A stretch of 32,000 nucleotides of DNA from NCBI GenBank assembly GCA_965228485.1, contig OZ245819.1:930001-962000 (forward strand). The letters run 5' to 3'. Position numbers and translations under genes: made by a program. Under the pieces are notes generated by a model. The model did no database searches, was not told where the DNA came from, and was given only the letters and a program-made list of their open reading frames with translations. Origin of the DNA: Candidatus Saccharimonadota bacterium. Its GTDB lineage: Bacteria > Patescibacteriota > Gracilibacteria > UBA4473. Of this stretch, positions 31,885 through 32,000 are shown in pieces (position 1 is the stretch's first letter; every line of letters starts with the position of its first letter).

Positions 31885-32000
31885 TCAAATATCACGTAAT
31901 CGAATGCTCCAATTGAAGTCTTTTCAGCAACATCGATTGATATTTGTTGTGAGAAATCTTCTTGATTTACATCCGAAGTTACGGTGTAAAAACTTCTTGG
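31881..32000 (-). CDS. 3' end of an unidentified gene entering from the right edge
   Basis: The minus-strand frame is open from 32000 to the TAA at 31883-31881 (..SDVNQEDFSQQISIDVAEKTSIGAFDYVIFD*). Only 39 codons are visible, so there is no functional call. Confidence 0.25.
   Translation of the reverse strand, partial: PRSFYTVTSDVNQEDFSQQISIDVAEKTSIGAFDYVIFD

Noticed and set aside
1-32000. Alternative genetic code (UGA reassignment), as in some reduced-genome lineages, and CRISPR arrays
   Set aside because: TGA functions as a stop at well-defined ATGA gene junctions (9622-9625, 23712-23715), and the long genes are intact under the standard code. No regularly spaced direct repeats of 25-40 bp were seen anywhere in the window.

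Overview
This is a low-GC bacterial chromosome segment with compact, frequently overlapping housekeeping genes: gpt-like PRTase, rfbB, radA, valS, bcp, rbfA, rdgB, pyrH, tRNA-Asn and tRNA-Thr. The gene content and style suggest a small-genome uncultivated lineage, but that is inference only. TGA is used as a stop codon, so the standard code applies. Two things stand out. (1) Positions ~672-7605 look like an integrated element inserted directly behind the tRNA-Asn transcription unit. It carries a large serine recombinase and a co-oriented minus-strand operon of three genes. These are an OLD-family ABC-ATPase/Toprim nuclease, a GHKL (Bergerat-fold) ATPase fused to a PD-(D/E)xK nuclease module that looks Shedu/DUF4263-like, and a small HTH protein. 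To my knowledge this pairing is not a described defence system, and it is my best candidate for the novel system. (2) Upstream of valS, hand translation reveals a near-consensus promoter, then a 12-codon leader ORF (MKNSFVVVVVNL) with five consecutive Val codons, then mutually exclusive GGCGAG/CTCGCC/GGCGAG hairpins ending in T7. This is a textbook leader-peptide attenuator, on an aminoacyl-tRNA synthetase gene. Other observations are a recurring leaderless-type promoter layout, an acyltransferase-GpsA fusion protein, a DnaQ-exonuclease/DinG-like protein without a Walker A motif, an orphan 861-aa protein, and several hairpins and repeats. All domain calls come from motif recognition by eye; no searches were run.
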